A stretch of 64,000 nt of DNA from contig OZ024740.1 in NCBI GenBank assembly GCA_964016885.1, positions 394,010,001-394,074,000 on the forward strand. The letters are read 5' to 3'. Shown piece by piece: positions 39,211 to 54,300 of this stretch (position 1 is the first letter of the stretch; every line of letters begins with the position of its first letter). The notes under the pieces are model-generated. The model ran no database searches. It had not been told where the DNA came from and saw only the letters and a list, made by a program, of their open reading frames with translations. A program made the translations under genes and the position numbers. The DNA is from Eledone cirrhosa. Lineage: Eukaryota.

Positions 39211-41708
39211 ATACTAATAGCACAATTGATATTACAGCTATTTGTCTGTGCATGTCTTCCAGACTGAATGAAGGAGATAGTGATCTTGAATGTTTTGTAA
39301 ATATTTACATTCGGTTGTTTATTAATATCTTTAAAGACCACCTGAATTTCTGAATAATTATAGTACATTGGTTTGGCAATCTTATCTATAGCTGAAATAT
39401 GTGTGTTGATATTATATTGGTATATTTTAGCAATTAAACTTCAGCTGTTCGAATAAATATAACATCAGGTTATAGACCCCTCCAACAAAATCCTCTTGGT
39501 TCATATGTACCATAAGTATAATAGAGCTTACATTTTTACTCAGCGGGAGCAACGTGTAGCTAACGAGTGTTTCGATAGATTGCGATGTTCGCTTTATGTC
39601 CTCCCAAACGTTTGCAGTAGATAAGGATAAATTACTCAAGATATCTTAATAGCAACTGGATCAGCGGGTGATTTAATCATCTTATTGCGCAATTCGTGGT
39701 TACAATAGAAGCAGCCCGATCATCAACATCACCAATAACAACAATATCATTCTCACAACGACGACGACGACCACCACCACTACCACCACCTCCACCACTA
39801 ACACCACCACTACCAGCAGCACCGCCACTATCACCACCACTGCCACCACCACTACCACTACCACCAGCACCACCACCAACACGACTAATAACAACAACAG
39901 TAATATTCGCAATGCCACCACCACCACCAACACCATCACCAAAAACACCACTACCATCACCACCACCATCAACACCACCACCAACAACACCACCACCAAC
40001 ACCACCACCACCACACCAACAACAACAATAACAACACCACCACCACCACCACCACCTACAACAATAATAAAAACAACAGCAGCAATATTATATTTCACCA
40101 ATATTTATTAATGATTTCTATATCCATTCTTTTCTACGCTACTGTTGTATTTATGGAACGCGGTTCTAGATTAGTGTTCATGCTACTTCATCAGTTTTCT
40201 TTGGAAAGCAATGTATAATTTATATTTATTTCTAGAGAGCTGAAGATTGCTTCTTCCGAGGCAACAATTGTTGATAGATTTTAGTGTATTGGAATTCTTA
40301 TCTCTTTCAATAACGAAATATTTACCTGACTGAAGCTAATCAATGCATCTTCTTCCAAATAGGAGTTAATATAACAGTTCTTTGTTCACAACAGCCTGTG
40401 TTTCCTATCTGTGTTGACGTGAGGTCCTATAGCAAATACCTTTGTATAATTTGATTAAATCAAAATTCAACTGACTTGCTGAGGTTGATTTGTCCTATTG
40501 CTTCTTGGCGTCTATTTTTAAAGACTTTATTGCTACTCAACTTATTATTATGTTCATCTCTCATTATTCTTTTTTTTTGTGCTATGAATATATTCAGATT
40601 CTAACAGTTTTCCATATGTTTCTGGGATACAAAGTAGCATTCAAACACTGTCTTGGCTGATTCTATACATATACTCTATCTTTTAATCTTTGAAACGAAA
40701 AAATAATAAACAAATAAATAAACAAACAGACAAATATGCAATCTTTCATTTCAGAGGAGGGCAACACATTTACGTCACGTAGCGAATACATATTTCTATT
40801 GTAAAACGTAGGTATGCACGTTTAATGCAAGTACTGCAAAACATATGTATATATTTCTCTAAATATATGTATGAATGAATATAAACATGAATCAATATGA
40901 GTGTATATACATAGTTAGTTATATATGTATGTAAATTCATGTAGTCCCGATTATCACTGAATTGAACGCTGTCCTCTCGAGTATTCAGGAATTTTTGAAA
41001 AAAATAATACTCGTTTAACTTCGTGTTAGACTTTAGAAAAATGCATATTTTATTGCTCTTCTTGCGTGTTCAATTCGAAGAATTCGGGTTAATTGCCAAC
41101 TTTATTTTTGGCTCATTTTACGAGAACTCTAACATTTCAAGTTTGTTGCTAAACCTTTGGCAACGTAACCAAGTGCACCAATGATTATAGATATAAATGG
41201 GAACACGTAATCCTGACTTTAGGTTCTGCTTCAAATAACTAGCCGTAAATGTTTTCCTTTTCGCTGATTTTCGATGAGATATTAACACCTGCTGGGCAAC
41301 TGAATTCCAAAATTACAAAATGTTTTTGTGTTGATTATATTACATGCTTCTTTTTTTTATTATCTCATCCTCAACTTCCATAGAACTGTCACGTTTGTCG
41401 TGGTTGCATTTAATGAAACATGTAATAAAAATGTTGTCCTTAACATTTTAGATGTGTGAATGTACGTTCCTGCCTATATTTCAGCTAAATTTGTATAACA
41501 TCTGAAGACCAAAATCCGAGCTCAAAGAAAGAGAAATAGTATTAGCAAATACACATACATACACTAACACAAATACTGTGAAGAGCTAGTGAAATTTTAA
41601 TCAGACTGTTTATGGATAAAAGTTGAAATATTTCTTTGAGCCATATAATGCGTCTTATAACACTAAACTCTTCAATGTATGTATGTATGTATGTATGTAT
41701 GTATGTAT

Positions 41709-42305
41709 GTTGGTGCTACTGGTAACATGTATCCCAGTACAACCTGTCTCATGGTCGGGTCGTTGGCGACTAAACTGGCAACCCCACCAAGGTTTCTTGG
41801 TGAGGAGGGTGACTTTGGACATCCTGCAGGACTAAAAACAAAACCTGTCAAAGGGCAAAGGAGCTCTTAAGAGTCAATGGCCATCCAAAATCACCGGGAG
41901 GGATGACCCCTTAGCCTTTGTCAAGGCAGAATTCTAGGAGAAGGAAAACTCTGATATAACACCTGCAACCCTGATGGTATCCAATGATGTTGACGTGTTC
42001 TTCTTTTTGGTAAATATCATCTTGGTTAAGAGAGTGGGACTGGCTTTGTGCAGTGCCTTTGCTCACTATAAAAGCTTCACGGCACAGGCATTGCTTTGTA
42101 TCTGGAGATCTCTCTGCACTTGTTGTCACATGGTACCATGGGCCCAGCACTATGTGTCAATGATTGTCACAAGTGTAGTGTTTGTACCAGAGTTTTCAAG
42201 TCGCTGGCTGGACTAAAAAGTCACACTCGTTCAGCGCATCGGTAGGGGTTCTCCTACATGGATATAAAGTAGTGGCCGTACTCGCAAACGAGTTGGCAGC
42301 CACCA
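41709..42305 (+). mobile_element. Family B RTE-derived element
   Basis: Aligns to the other copies; flanked by (ATGT)n on both sides. Confidence 0.88.
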
Positions 42306-42410
42306 TGTATGTATGTATGTATGTATGTATGTATGTATGTATGTATGTATGTATGTATGTATGTATGTATGTATGTATGTATGTATGCATGTATGTATGT
42401 ATGTATGTAT

Positions 42411-43019
42411 GTCAGGTCACCAGTTGGTGCTACTGGTAACATGTATCCCAGTACAACCTGTCTCATGGTCGGGTCGTTGGCGACTAAACTGGCAATCCCA
42501 CCAAGGTTTCTTGGTGAGGAGGGTGACTTTGGACATCCTGCAGGACTAAAAACAAAACCTGTCAAAGGGCAAAGGAGCTCTTAAGAGTCAATGGCCATCC
42601 AAAATCACCGGGAGAGATGACCCTTAGCCTTTGTCAAGGCAGAATTCTAGGAGAAGGAAAACTCTGATATAACACCTGCAACTCTGATGGTATCCAATGA
42701 TGTTGACTTGTTCTTCTTTTTGGTAAATATCATCTTGGTTAAGAGAGTGGGACTGGCTTTGTGCAGTGCCTTTGCTCACTATAAAAGCTTCACGGCACAG
42801 GCATTGCTTTATATCTGGAAATCTCTCTGCACTTGTCATCACATGGTACAATGGGCCCAGCACTATGTGTCAATGATTGTCACAAGTGTAGTGTTTGTAC
42901 CAGGGTTTCCAAGTCGCTGGCTGGACTAAAAAGTCACACTCGTTCAGCACATCGGTAGGGGTTCTCCTACATGGATATAAAGTAGTGGCCGTACTCGAAA
43001 ACGAGTTGGCAGCCACCAT
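42411..43019 (+). mobile_element. Family B RTE-derived element, full length
   Basis: Starts gtcaggtcaccag like the 5593-6190 copy; (ATGT)n tail. Confidence 0.88.
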
Positions 43020-43112
43020 GTATGTATGTATGTATGTATGTATGTATGTATGTATGTATGTATGTATGTATGTATGTATGCATGTATGTATGTATGCATG
43101 TATTTATGTATG

Positions 43113-44487
<1,375 letters not shown>

Positions 44488-44510
44488 AAATGTGTGTACT
44501 CCTTGGTACA

Positions 44511-45240
44511 GTGCTTTCAACAAATTTATTTTCTTCACAAAATCCAAAAAGAATTTTTCTTAAAAAAAATTATTTTATAAATTAAGTTGTTGGTTGTTGG
44601 TTAGGTCTTAGGAGTTCTTGGTTAACGTAGGAGGTATTGTTTCGTTTTTAGAAAGACCTTTCACGCTGAGGTGCGCTTGTCAAACTGATGTGTATGTGGT
44701 GTGTTGTTCTATATATAGGGATTTAACATGTCTGTGGTGTGGTGGTGGTTTCTTTTCTCCCCTTTAATAAGTGCATGGGTGTAGGTGTATTGAAAAAGTG
44801 TTCATAGCAGTAATGAGTTGAGACGGTGAGTAGGGTTGGGTGGGGAGAAATGTAGCAAGTGCGGCCTGCCCCGGTCATTCTCGAAAAATTCCTTTATTCA
44901 GGGGAAAAAGCTTTTAGCATTGCCTTTGTGTTGAGAATGGTCACGGGCAAATCGAACCTGTCAAGTTTGTGAATAATTATTTTTTTCTTTCTTTCCTGAA
45001 GAATTTTTCTACGTCCATCCCAAAGTTAGTCCTTTGTTCAACACACACATATGTGTGCATATACGTACATACACACACGGGCATATGTAGGAATATATAG
45101 GCACACACCATCAATCACACACCCATGTACAAATACATACACAAAAACATATAGAGACACATATAAAAACACACATACACATACGTACACACACGAATAT
45201 GTACTCATACCTCCACATGGGCATATATATATATACACAC
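44511..45240 (-). mobile_element. Inverted copy of the Penelope-like element 3' terminal region
   Basis: Reverse complement of ~48830-49565. Confidence 0.9.
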
Positions 45241-45436
45241 ACATATATATACACACACACATATTAATAACAATAATAATAATAATAATAACAACAATAA
45301 TAATAACGACAACAACAATAATAATATACATATACATATATATATACATATACACGCACACATATAAACATATCTATACACACACACACACACGATAGCA
45401 ACTAACAGCGCTGCGATCGAATGTGGCTTTTTAGCC

Positions 45437-48266
45437 AACAACAACCAGATATTGGGTAACCCCAAACACACAACTACATACAGACCCAATACTCAACACC
45501 AGAACCAGATACAACCACTGCCATAACACCAAGAACAATCACCGGAGACAAAATCAAAGACACATGAATACTGAACGAATCAACAGAAGAACCAGACCCC
45601 CATACAGCAACGGCCACGCAAGAGTCTATCGCCCAACCAGTTACCGACATGAAGTTCCGGCGGGCCAAAGGTTTCACCACAACAGAAACACCCCTATCCC
45701 AAATGGTCTAGGGGCCTCGCACCAAATGAAAGAAAAAAAGAAAAAAGCACCACCTTTCAAGTGGCACCTGACGAGAAAGAACTAATCGAACCAAAAATAA
45801 TCAATATATCAGCCAAGAAATTAACACAACCAGAAATACAACTGTTAGAAAATGGACTGAAGTTCACTCCCACTCCGAAAGCAGATACAGCCGATGTTAT
45901 AAAAGACATAGAAGAATACTGTCGAAAATTACGCTTAGGAGAATTCTTCCAGGGTGTACAATACGAGGAAGAATCACTGGTGAAAAACAAAAAGAACTTC
46001 ACACACCCGCTAAATAGAGATAAATACCTGGAGGAATACATAACCTGCCTTCGCCGATCAGCACGTACAAATACGGCCGAAACGAAACACAAATGCAACA
46101 TCCCTACAGACCAACTACTAGCATTGAACAAGCTACAAAGAGATTCCTCAATAATAATAAAAGAAGCGGACAAAGGTGGAGCAATCGTCATCATGGACAC
46201 AAACCACTACAAAGATATGGTCCTAGCACACTTGAATGACGAAAACTTCTACAGGAAAATCACTAAAAACGAAGAAAGGAAATCGAGGAACCAAATAGGC
46301 AAACTAACAAAGTACCAAAACAACCTAACACCAAAAGAAGTAGATTACCTAACCAACTTCGAAATGAAAACCAGCAATTTCTATGGATTACCAAAAATTC
46401 ACAAATCCAGAGAAATCCAAAACAACATAAAAGGGAAAAATACATCATACATCGAAGCACCAAAACCGACAGACTTAAAATTACGCCCCATTATTGCTGG
46501 CCCAGCCTCATGCACACAACGTCTAAGCAACCTATTAGACATCATACTCAAACCCCTATGTAAAAAAGTTCCAAGCTACAGAGATGATATGGAATTCCTT
46601 AACTATATCCCCCAAAAAGTACACCAGGATACAATCCTAGTCAGTTTTGATGTAATAAGCCTGTACACTAACATCCCACACGACCTAGGGATTGAAGCTG
46701 TGGACTTCTGGATTACAAAACACTCAAGTCACATTTCAGAAAGATTCCCCAAAGAATTCATCTTGGAAGGACTTAAATTAGTATTGGAAAACAACCACTT
46801 CCTCTTTGACAACGAACTTTATCTACAAATAAAAGGAACAGCCATGGGTACCAAAGTGGCCCCTACATATGCAACGCTCGTTATGGGTCACTTAGAGGCA
46901 AAATTATATTCCCAACTACAGATAACATTCAGTAACGACTTCGCCTTCTACATTAATAAAAACTGGAAACGTTACCTAGATGACTGCTCCATCTTCTGGA
47001 ACAGAAGCCAAACAGACCTACACACATTTTATTCGATCCTAAACAGGCTTCACGAAGCTATACAATTCACTATGGAATGTAACGAAAAGGAACTGCCCTT
47101 TCTAGATATCCTCATCATTAAAGAAGGGGAAAATATCATAACGGACCTATTTTGCAAACCTACTGACACACACCAATACTTAAATTTCCGGTCAGCACAC
47201 CCCTTACATACGAAAAGGAACATTCCCTTCAACATGGCAAAGCGCATCTGCACTATAGCAACACACCCCGTACTACAAGAAAAAAGATTATGTGACCTGA
47301 AAAAATTCCTTAAAAAACAAGAATACCCGATGAAACTCATCAACGCAGCCATCTCCAAGGCTAAGAACATCCCAATAACAACACTGAGAAAACCAAACCC
47401 ACAACATAAAAAAGAAAACCCTGCTATCTCTTTTGTCATCACTCACAACCCAGGGAACATCAACATTGTGAAAACTGCTAAGCAGTATCTCCCGATTCTA
47501 CAGCAATCTACCAAAATGAATGCACTCTTAAAAAACACACAGATAATTTATAGCAGACGCCAAGCACCCAACCTTAAAAAACTAATTACCAAGGCAAAAT
47601 TTACGACCAACATGGAATCAATGCAAGTGACGAAATGCGGGGACCCTAGATGTGGAACCTGTGAACTCATCGAAGAGGGCAAACAGTTGTCATTCAAAAA
47701 CCATGATAATTTCAAGGTCAATGCTAACATGAACTGCAAAACGAAAAACCTAATATATTGCGCAACATGTCCACAGTGTAAAGAGTATTACATTGGGGAA
47801 ACCGGAACGGGATTACATGATAGAGTCCGGGTACATAAACAACAGATTAAAGACCCCACAGTCAGAAATACCACATGTAGCGCACACTTTGCATCATGCG
47901 GGAAGGGAAAATTCACAATCTTCTCTTTCTTCAAGATATAGTCGGATAACGAACATTTCCGCAGATATAAAGAAGAATTCTTCATTGAAAAATTTAAACC
48001 ACTACTGAACACGAAAAAATGAATTAACACTCGGAGGTAAAATTCCATTTCACTACCCCCCCCCTCTTCTTATGTATACACACGAATATCTGAATGAACG
48101 GTGAGACACACACATATGTGTGTGTAGGGATGTATGGATGTATGTACGTGTGGGTATATATGTATGTGGGTGTGTGTATGTGTGTGTGTGTGTGGGTGTG
48201 TGTGTATATATATACATATATGTATGGATGTGTGTATGTTTGTATGTGTGTGTGTATATATATATG

Positions 48267-48343
<77 letters not shown>

Positions 48344-48378
48344 GTATATGTACATGTATGTATGTGTATGTTTGTGTA

Positions 48379-48425
<47 letters not shown>

Positions 48426-48718
48426 ATATGTATATATGGATGTATGTGTGTATATGTGTGTGTATGTATGCATGTATGTGTGAACGGAGGGGTATATATA
48501 CGGACATATGTATATGTGTGTGTGTGTGTGTATACACGTGCGTGTGTGTGTGTGTGTATGTGTGCGTGTATGTGTATATATGTATATTTAGTTATGTATC
48601 TTTATGTGTGTATATGTATGTGTGTGTATGTATGTATATGTATGTATATATGTATATTTATATATATATATATATAAATGTATATATATATATATATAAA
48701 TATATATGTGTGTGTGTG

Positions 48719-48751
<33 letters not shown>

Positions 48752-49565
48752 ATGTGTGTGTATGTGTATATGTATGTATATATATATATGTATATATATA
48801 TATGTATGTATGTATATGTGTATATATATGTGTGTGTATATATATATATATATGCCCATGTGGAGGTATGAGTACATATTCGTGTGTGTACGTATGTGTA
48901 TGTGTGTTTTTATATGTGTCTCTATATGTTTTTGTGTATGTATTTGTACATGGTGTGTGATTGATGGTGTGTGCCTATATATTCCTACATATGCCCGTGT
49001 GTGTATGTACGTATATGCACACATATGTGTGTGTTGAACAAAGGACTAACTTTGGGATGGACGTAGAAAAATTCTTCAGGAAAGAAAGAAAAAAATAATT
49101 ATTCACAAACTTGACAGGTGCGATTTGCCCGTGACCATTCTCAACACAAAAGCAATGCTAAAAGCTTTTTCCCCTGAATAAAGGAATTTTTCGAGAATGA
49201 CCGGGGCAGGCCGCACTTGCTACATTTCTCCCCACCCAACCCTACTCACCGTCTCAACTCATTACTGCTATGAACACTTTTTCAACACACCTACACCCAT
49301 GCACTTATTAAAAGGGGAGAAAAGAAACCCCCACCACACCACAGACAAGTTAAATCCCTATATATAGAACAACACACCACATACACATCAGTTTGACTAG
49401 CGCACCTCAGCGTGAAAGGTCTTTCTAAAAACGAAACAATACCTCCTACGTTAACCAAGAACTCCTAAGACCTAACCAACAACCAACAACTTAAATTATA
49501 AAATAATTTTTTTTAAGAAAAATTCTTTTGGGATTTTGTGAAGAAAATAAATTTGTTGAAAGCAC
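45437..49565 (+). mobile_element. Penelope-like element (probably Neptune type), 5'-truncated
   Basis: Single RT + GIY-YIG ORF, microsatellite-rich 3' region and an inverted terminal copy upstream; inserted in (TA)n. Confidence 0.9.
45761..48022 (+). CDS. Penelope-like reverse transcriptase + GIY-YIG endonuclease (in-frame TAG at 47939-47941)
   Basis: Motifs GLKFTPTP, ADKGGAIVIMD, FYGLPKIHK, LRPIIA, SFDVISLYTNIP, GTAMGTKVAPTYA, RYLDD, LPFLDI, KPTD, Cys linker KCGDPRCGTC, and LIYCATCPQCKEYYIGET. The frame continues after TAG as SDNEHFRRYKEEFFIEKFKPLLNTKK. Confidence 0.92.
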
Positions 49566-49598
49566 AAGTGAAGCCATTTTTTCTACCCCCCTATCTTA

Positions 49599-49623
<25 letters not shown>

Positions 49624-49629
<6 letters not shown>

Positions 49630-50478
49630 TTGGAGCTCTGAAATAGCAATATATATATGGATGTATATATAATGTATTTTGCAATACACTTTATGCTTAA
49701 TTAAAAGCATTTTGAAGACCGTATGCTATTGTTTTAGAGTAGTGACAAATTCACTTACTTTAATTTCAGCAAACAGGGGAGATAAGCCGACAAGGCCTTG
49801 TTTCGCTTTTGTTGAAGCTTATCAAGGCTAACTACCCCTCCTGTCTACTGAGGTTACTGATGTTATATTATTATAGAATTCTAGTAAATAATCAGGAACT
49901 GATTATACAGAGCGATTGTTGGTCAGGCAGAAATTAAAAATTAGAATTGGAGCTCTGAAATAGCAATATATATATGGATGTATATATAATGTATTTTGCA
50001 ATACACTTTATGCTTAATTAAAAGCATTTTGAAGATCGTATGCTATTGTTTTAGAGTAGTGACAAATTCACTTACTTTAATCTCAGCAAACAGGGGAGAT
50101 AAGCCGACAAGGCCTTGTTCGCTTTTGTTGAAGTGTATTGCAAAATACATTATATATACATCCATATATATATTGCTATTTCAGAGCTCCAATTCTAATT
50201 TTTAATTTCTGCCTGACCAGCAATCGCTCTGTATAATCAGTTCCTGATTATTTACTAGAATTCTATAAGAATATAACATCAGTAATCTCAGTAGACAGGA
50301 GGGGTAGTTAGCCTTGATAAGCTTCAACAAAAGCGAAACAAGGCCTTGTCGGCTTATCTCCCCTGTTTGCTGAGATTAAAGTAAGTGAATTTGTCACTAC
50401 TCTAAAACAATAGCATACGGTCTTCAAAATGCTTTTAATTAAGCATAAAGTGTATTGCAAAATACATTATATATACAT

Positions 50479-50488
<10 letters not shown>
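49624..50488. mobile_element. 317-bp retrozyme-like repeat (1.6 units + ~1.1 inverted unit) with U3-A8 variant HHR
   Basis: ttagaattgg at 49624 and 49941; inversion at 50131-50133; HHR agcc-TTGATAA-gctt/aagc-GAAA-caaggccttg-TC-ggct at 50310-50354 (plus) and ~49785-49829 (minus). Confidence 0.85.
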
Positions 50489-50546
<58 letters not shown>

Positions 50547-50597
50547 TTTTTTATTTTTATTTTCTGTTTTATTTATTTATTAATTTTTTTTTCTCCT

Positions 50598-50742
50598 CGT
50601 GCAATGGCCATACTCGATAAGGAGGGGGAAGCCATCATGTATGTATGTATGTATGTATGTATGTATGTATGTATGTATGTATGTATGTATGTATGTATGT
50701 ATGTATGTATGTATGTATGTATGTATGTATGTATGTATGTAT
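50598..50742 (+). mobile_element. Displaced RTE 3' terminus and (ATGT)n tail
   Basis: cgtgcaatggccatactcgataaggagggggaagccatc followed by (ATGT)n. Confidence 0.85.
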
Positions 50743-53142
50743 GAGGAACTCAGGGATGTAAAATCACGTGTTAGGCGGAGTCTTCCTCAGATGAAGGATC
50801 AGTGGTGGAGTGAGAAGGCTGGTGAGATACAAACTGCGTCTGATTCCAATAACACAAAGCTGTTGTACAGTCTCTTGCGTGAGGTTTATGGACCGTCTTC
50901 TTCTCTGGTGACACCGTTTCGCAGCAAGGATGGCAAAGAACTTCTTCGTGACTCACAAGGAATTCTACGAAGGTGGCGAGAGCACTTTGATGATCTTTTG
51001 AATCAGCCGTCTGTCGTCAGTGAAGATTTCCTCAATCTCATTCCAGAAAGTCCTGTGAAAGTAGCTCTCGCAGAACCTCCGACGTTTGTGGAGGTTGCAG
51101 TGGCTATTTCGAAGCTGAACAGTGGAAGATCTCTAGGTATGGATGGCATACATGCTGAGCTCCTACAATATGGTGGTGAGAGACTCCTGCAACATCTTCA
51201 TTCTTTGTTTGGCAGGATATGGGCTAATGAATCCGTACCTGAGGACTGGAGAGATGCAGTAATGGTGGTCTTGTACAAGGGAAAGGGTAACAGGAACGAT
51301 TGTGGGAACTACAGAGGTATATCATTGCTTTCTGTCGTAGGGAAAGTTTTATGCAGGGTGCTTCTGGACCGTCTTCTGACACACATTGCAGATTGTGTTC
51401 TTCCTGAAAGTCAATCTGGTTTTCGTGCTGGACGCGGCACTACTGATATGATCTTCTCAGCTAGACAGCTCCAGGAGAAGTGCATGGAACAAGGCTTGGA
51501 TCTGTATCAGGTTTTTGTCGATCTGACAAAAGCTTTCGATACTGTTAACAGAGATGCATTATGGAAGGTTCTCCAGAAACTTGGTTGCCCTGATAAGTTC
51601 CTTGCTTTAGTTAGGTCTTTCCATGACGACATGAAGGCTTGGGTTAATGTCAGGGGTAACATGTCGGAGCCTATCTCAGTAAAAATGGAGTGAAACAGGG
51701 GGATATTCCAGCACCGACCCTGTTTGCCATATACTTTGCAATGGTTTTCTGTATTGCTTTCAGGAATTGCGAGCATGGTGTTTACATCCGATATCGAACC
51801 TCAGGCAGCATATTTAACATCAGGCGCTTTGCTGCGAGGACAAAAGTATTTACATCAATCATAAGAGACCTCTTGTATGCAGATGATTGCGATCTTGTAA
51901 CGCACACAGAGAGGATATGCAGCACATTTTGAATACATTTTCTGACGCTTGCACTGCCCTAGGTCTGACTGTCAGTCTCAAGAAAACCGTCGTCATGTAC
52001 CAACCTGCCCCTGGTAAGCAGTACACTGAACCAAACATCTATGTGTATGGCAGACGACTTGGAGTGGTTGATCAGTTTGTCTACCTGGGAAGCACTGTCA
52101 ATCGATACAGCAACCTTGACAGTGAAATCTCACTTAGGATTAGGAAAGCAAGTGATGCTTTCGGAAAGCTAGAAAGGCGACTCTGGGGTCGGCGAGACAT
52201 ATGCAGGAGGACAAAGGTAAAGGTGTACAGGGCATGTGTGCTCTCTTGTCTTCTGTATGCCTGCGAGACCTGGGTCACATATCGACACCAACTTAAGCAA
52301 TTGGAGCGTTTCCATCAGATGTGTCTCAGACGGATCCATGGCGTTCACTGGAGGGACCACATCAGTGATGTCGAGATTTTGGAAAGCTCTATGTGTGACA
52401 GTATAGAAGCTCTTGTGCTTAAGCAACGACTGCGTTGGAGTGGTCACCTTGCCAGGATGAAGGATTCTAGAATACCAAAACAACTCTTTTATGGAGAGTT
52501 GGTTAAAGGAAAACGACCGCCACATAAACCAAAAAAGAGGTATAAGGATTCCTTGAAAGCCTCTCTGAAAGACGCTAACATCTCTGCTGATACATGGGAG
52601 AATATTGCTGCTGATCGTAATAAATGGAGAAAGACTGTATATGAGGGAAAAGTTTCCTTTGAGGCATCTCGAATCGCATACGAGAAAGTAAAGCGGGATG
52701 TGAGGAAGGGCATTGCTGTTGCACTTCCAGACGGCGAGGGTCCTCCTATGGTGCTGACATGCAGCGTATGTGCGAGACTCTGCCTAAGCAAAGCTGGACT
52801 CGAAAGTCATCTTCGCAGTCATAAAGCAAGACCAGTGGTTGACTACCAGGCTGCTGTTGGAGATGCTACTCATCATGCTTGCCAAACATGTGGTAGAGAA
52901 TGTAAATCAGCAGGAGGGCTCAAGCGACATGCAAAAGTACACGAACTCCAACCACAGCCGACTATTCCCAGTGAATGTTTTGGTTGCCGACTCTGTGCAA
53001 GACATTTTAGATCATTGGCTGGGCTAAAAAGCCACATTCGATCGCAGCGCTGTTAGTTGCTATCGTGTGTGTGTATGTGTGTAGATATGCTTATGTGTGT
53101 GCGTGTATATATATATGTATATGTATATATATGTATATGTAT
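50743..53142 (+). mobile_element. RTE LINE, 5'-truncated, with full RT domain and three C2H2 fingers, frameshifted
   Basis: ORFs 50599..51693, 51690..51932 and 51887..53056 contain NYRGISLLS, QSGFRAGRGT, FVDLTKAFD, KQGDIPAP, LLYADD and FVYLGS; two frameshifts. Confidence 0.95.
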
Positions 53143-53907
53143 ATTGGAGCGTTTCCATCAGATGTGTCTCAGACGGATACATGGCGTTCACTGGAGGGAC
53201 CACATCAGTGATGTCGAGATTTTGGAAAGCTCTATGTGTGACAGTATAGAAGCTCTTGTGCTTAAGCAGCGACTCCGTTGGAGTGGTCACCTTGCCAGGA
53301 TGAAGGATTCTAGAATACCAAAACAACTCTTCTATGGAGAGTTGGTTAAAGGAAAACGACCGCCACATAAACCAAAAAAGAGGTATAAGGATTCCTTGAA
53401 GGCCTCTCTGAAAGACGCTAACATCTCTGCTGATACATGGGAAAATATTGCTGCTGATCGTAGTAAATGGAGAAAGACTGTATATGAGGGAAAAGTTGCC
53501 TTTGAGGCATCTCGAATCGCACACGAGAAAGTAAGGCGGGACGTGAGGAAGGGTATTGCTGTTGCACTTCCAGACGGCGAGGGTCCTCCTATGTTTCTGA
53601 CATGCAGCGTCTGTGCGAGACTCTGCCTAAGCAAAGCTGGACTCGAAAGTCATCTTCGCAGTCATAAAGTAAGACCAGTGGTTGACTACCAGGCTGCAGT
53701 TGGAGATGCTACTCATCATGCTTGCCAAACATGTGGTAGAGAATGTAAATCAGCAGGAGGACTCAAGCGACATGCAAAAGTACACGAACTCCAACCACAG
53801 CCGACTATTCCCAGTAAATGTTTTGGTTGCCGACTCTGTGCAAGACATTTTAGATCATTGGCTGGGCTAAAAAGCCACATTCGATCGCAGCACTGTTAGT
53901 TGCTATC

Positions 53908-53951
<44 letters not shown>

Positions 53952-54030
53952 GCTTATGTGCGTGCGTGTGTGTGTATATATATATGAATATGTATATTAT
54001 TATTGTTGTTGTCGTTATTATTATTATTGC

Positions 54031-54076
<46 letters not shown>

Positions 54077-54192
54077 GTTATTAATGTGTATATATGTGTG
54101 AGTGTATGTGTATGTATGTGTGTGTGTATATATGTATGCATGTGTATGTATGTGTGTGTGTATATATATGTGTATATATATATATGTGTATA

Positions 54193-54225
<33 letters not shown>

Positions 54226-54258
54226 CTTTTCCCTTTTTTTTTTTTTTTTTTTTTTTTT

Positions 54259-54300
<42 letters not shown>

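Noticed and set aside
39696-40101. Proline-rich and valine-rich ORFs; likewise 61560-62779
   Set aside because: Degenerate (ACC)n/(GGT)n low-complexity DNA with no evidence of coding function.
47939-47941. In-frame stop in the PLE ORF as possible selenocysteine recoding
   Set aside because: The codon is TAG, not TGA, so it is most likely a simple nonsense mutation.
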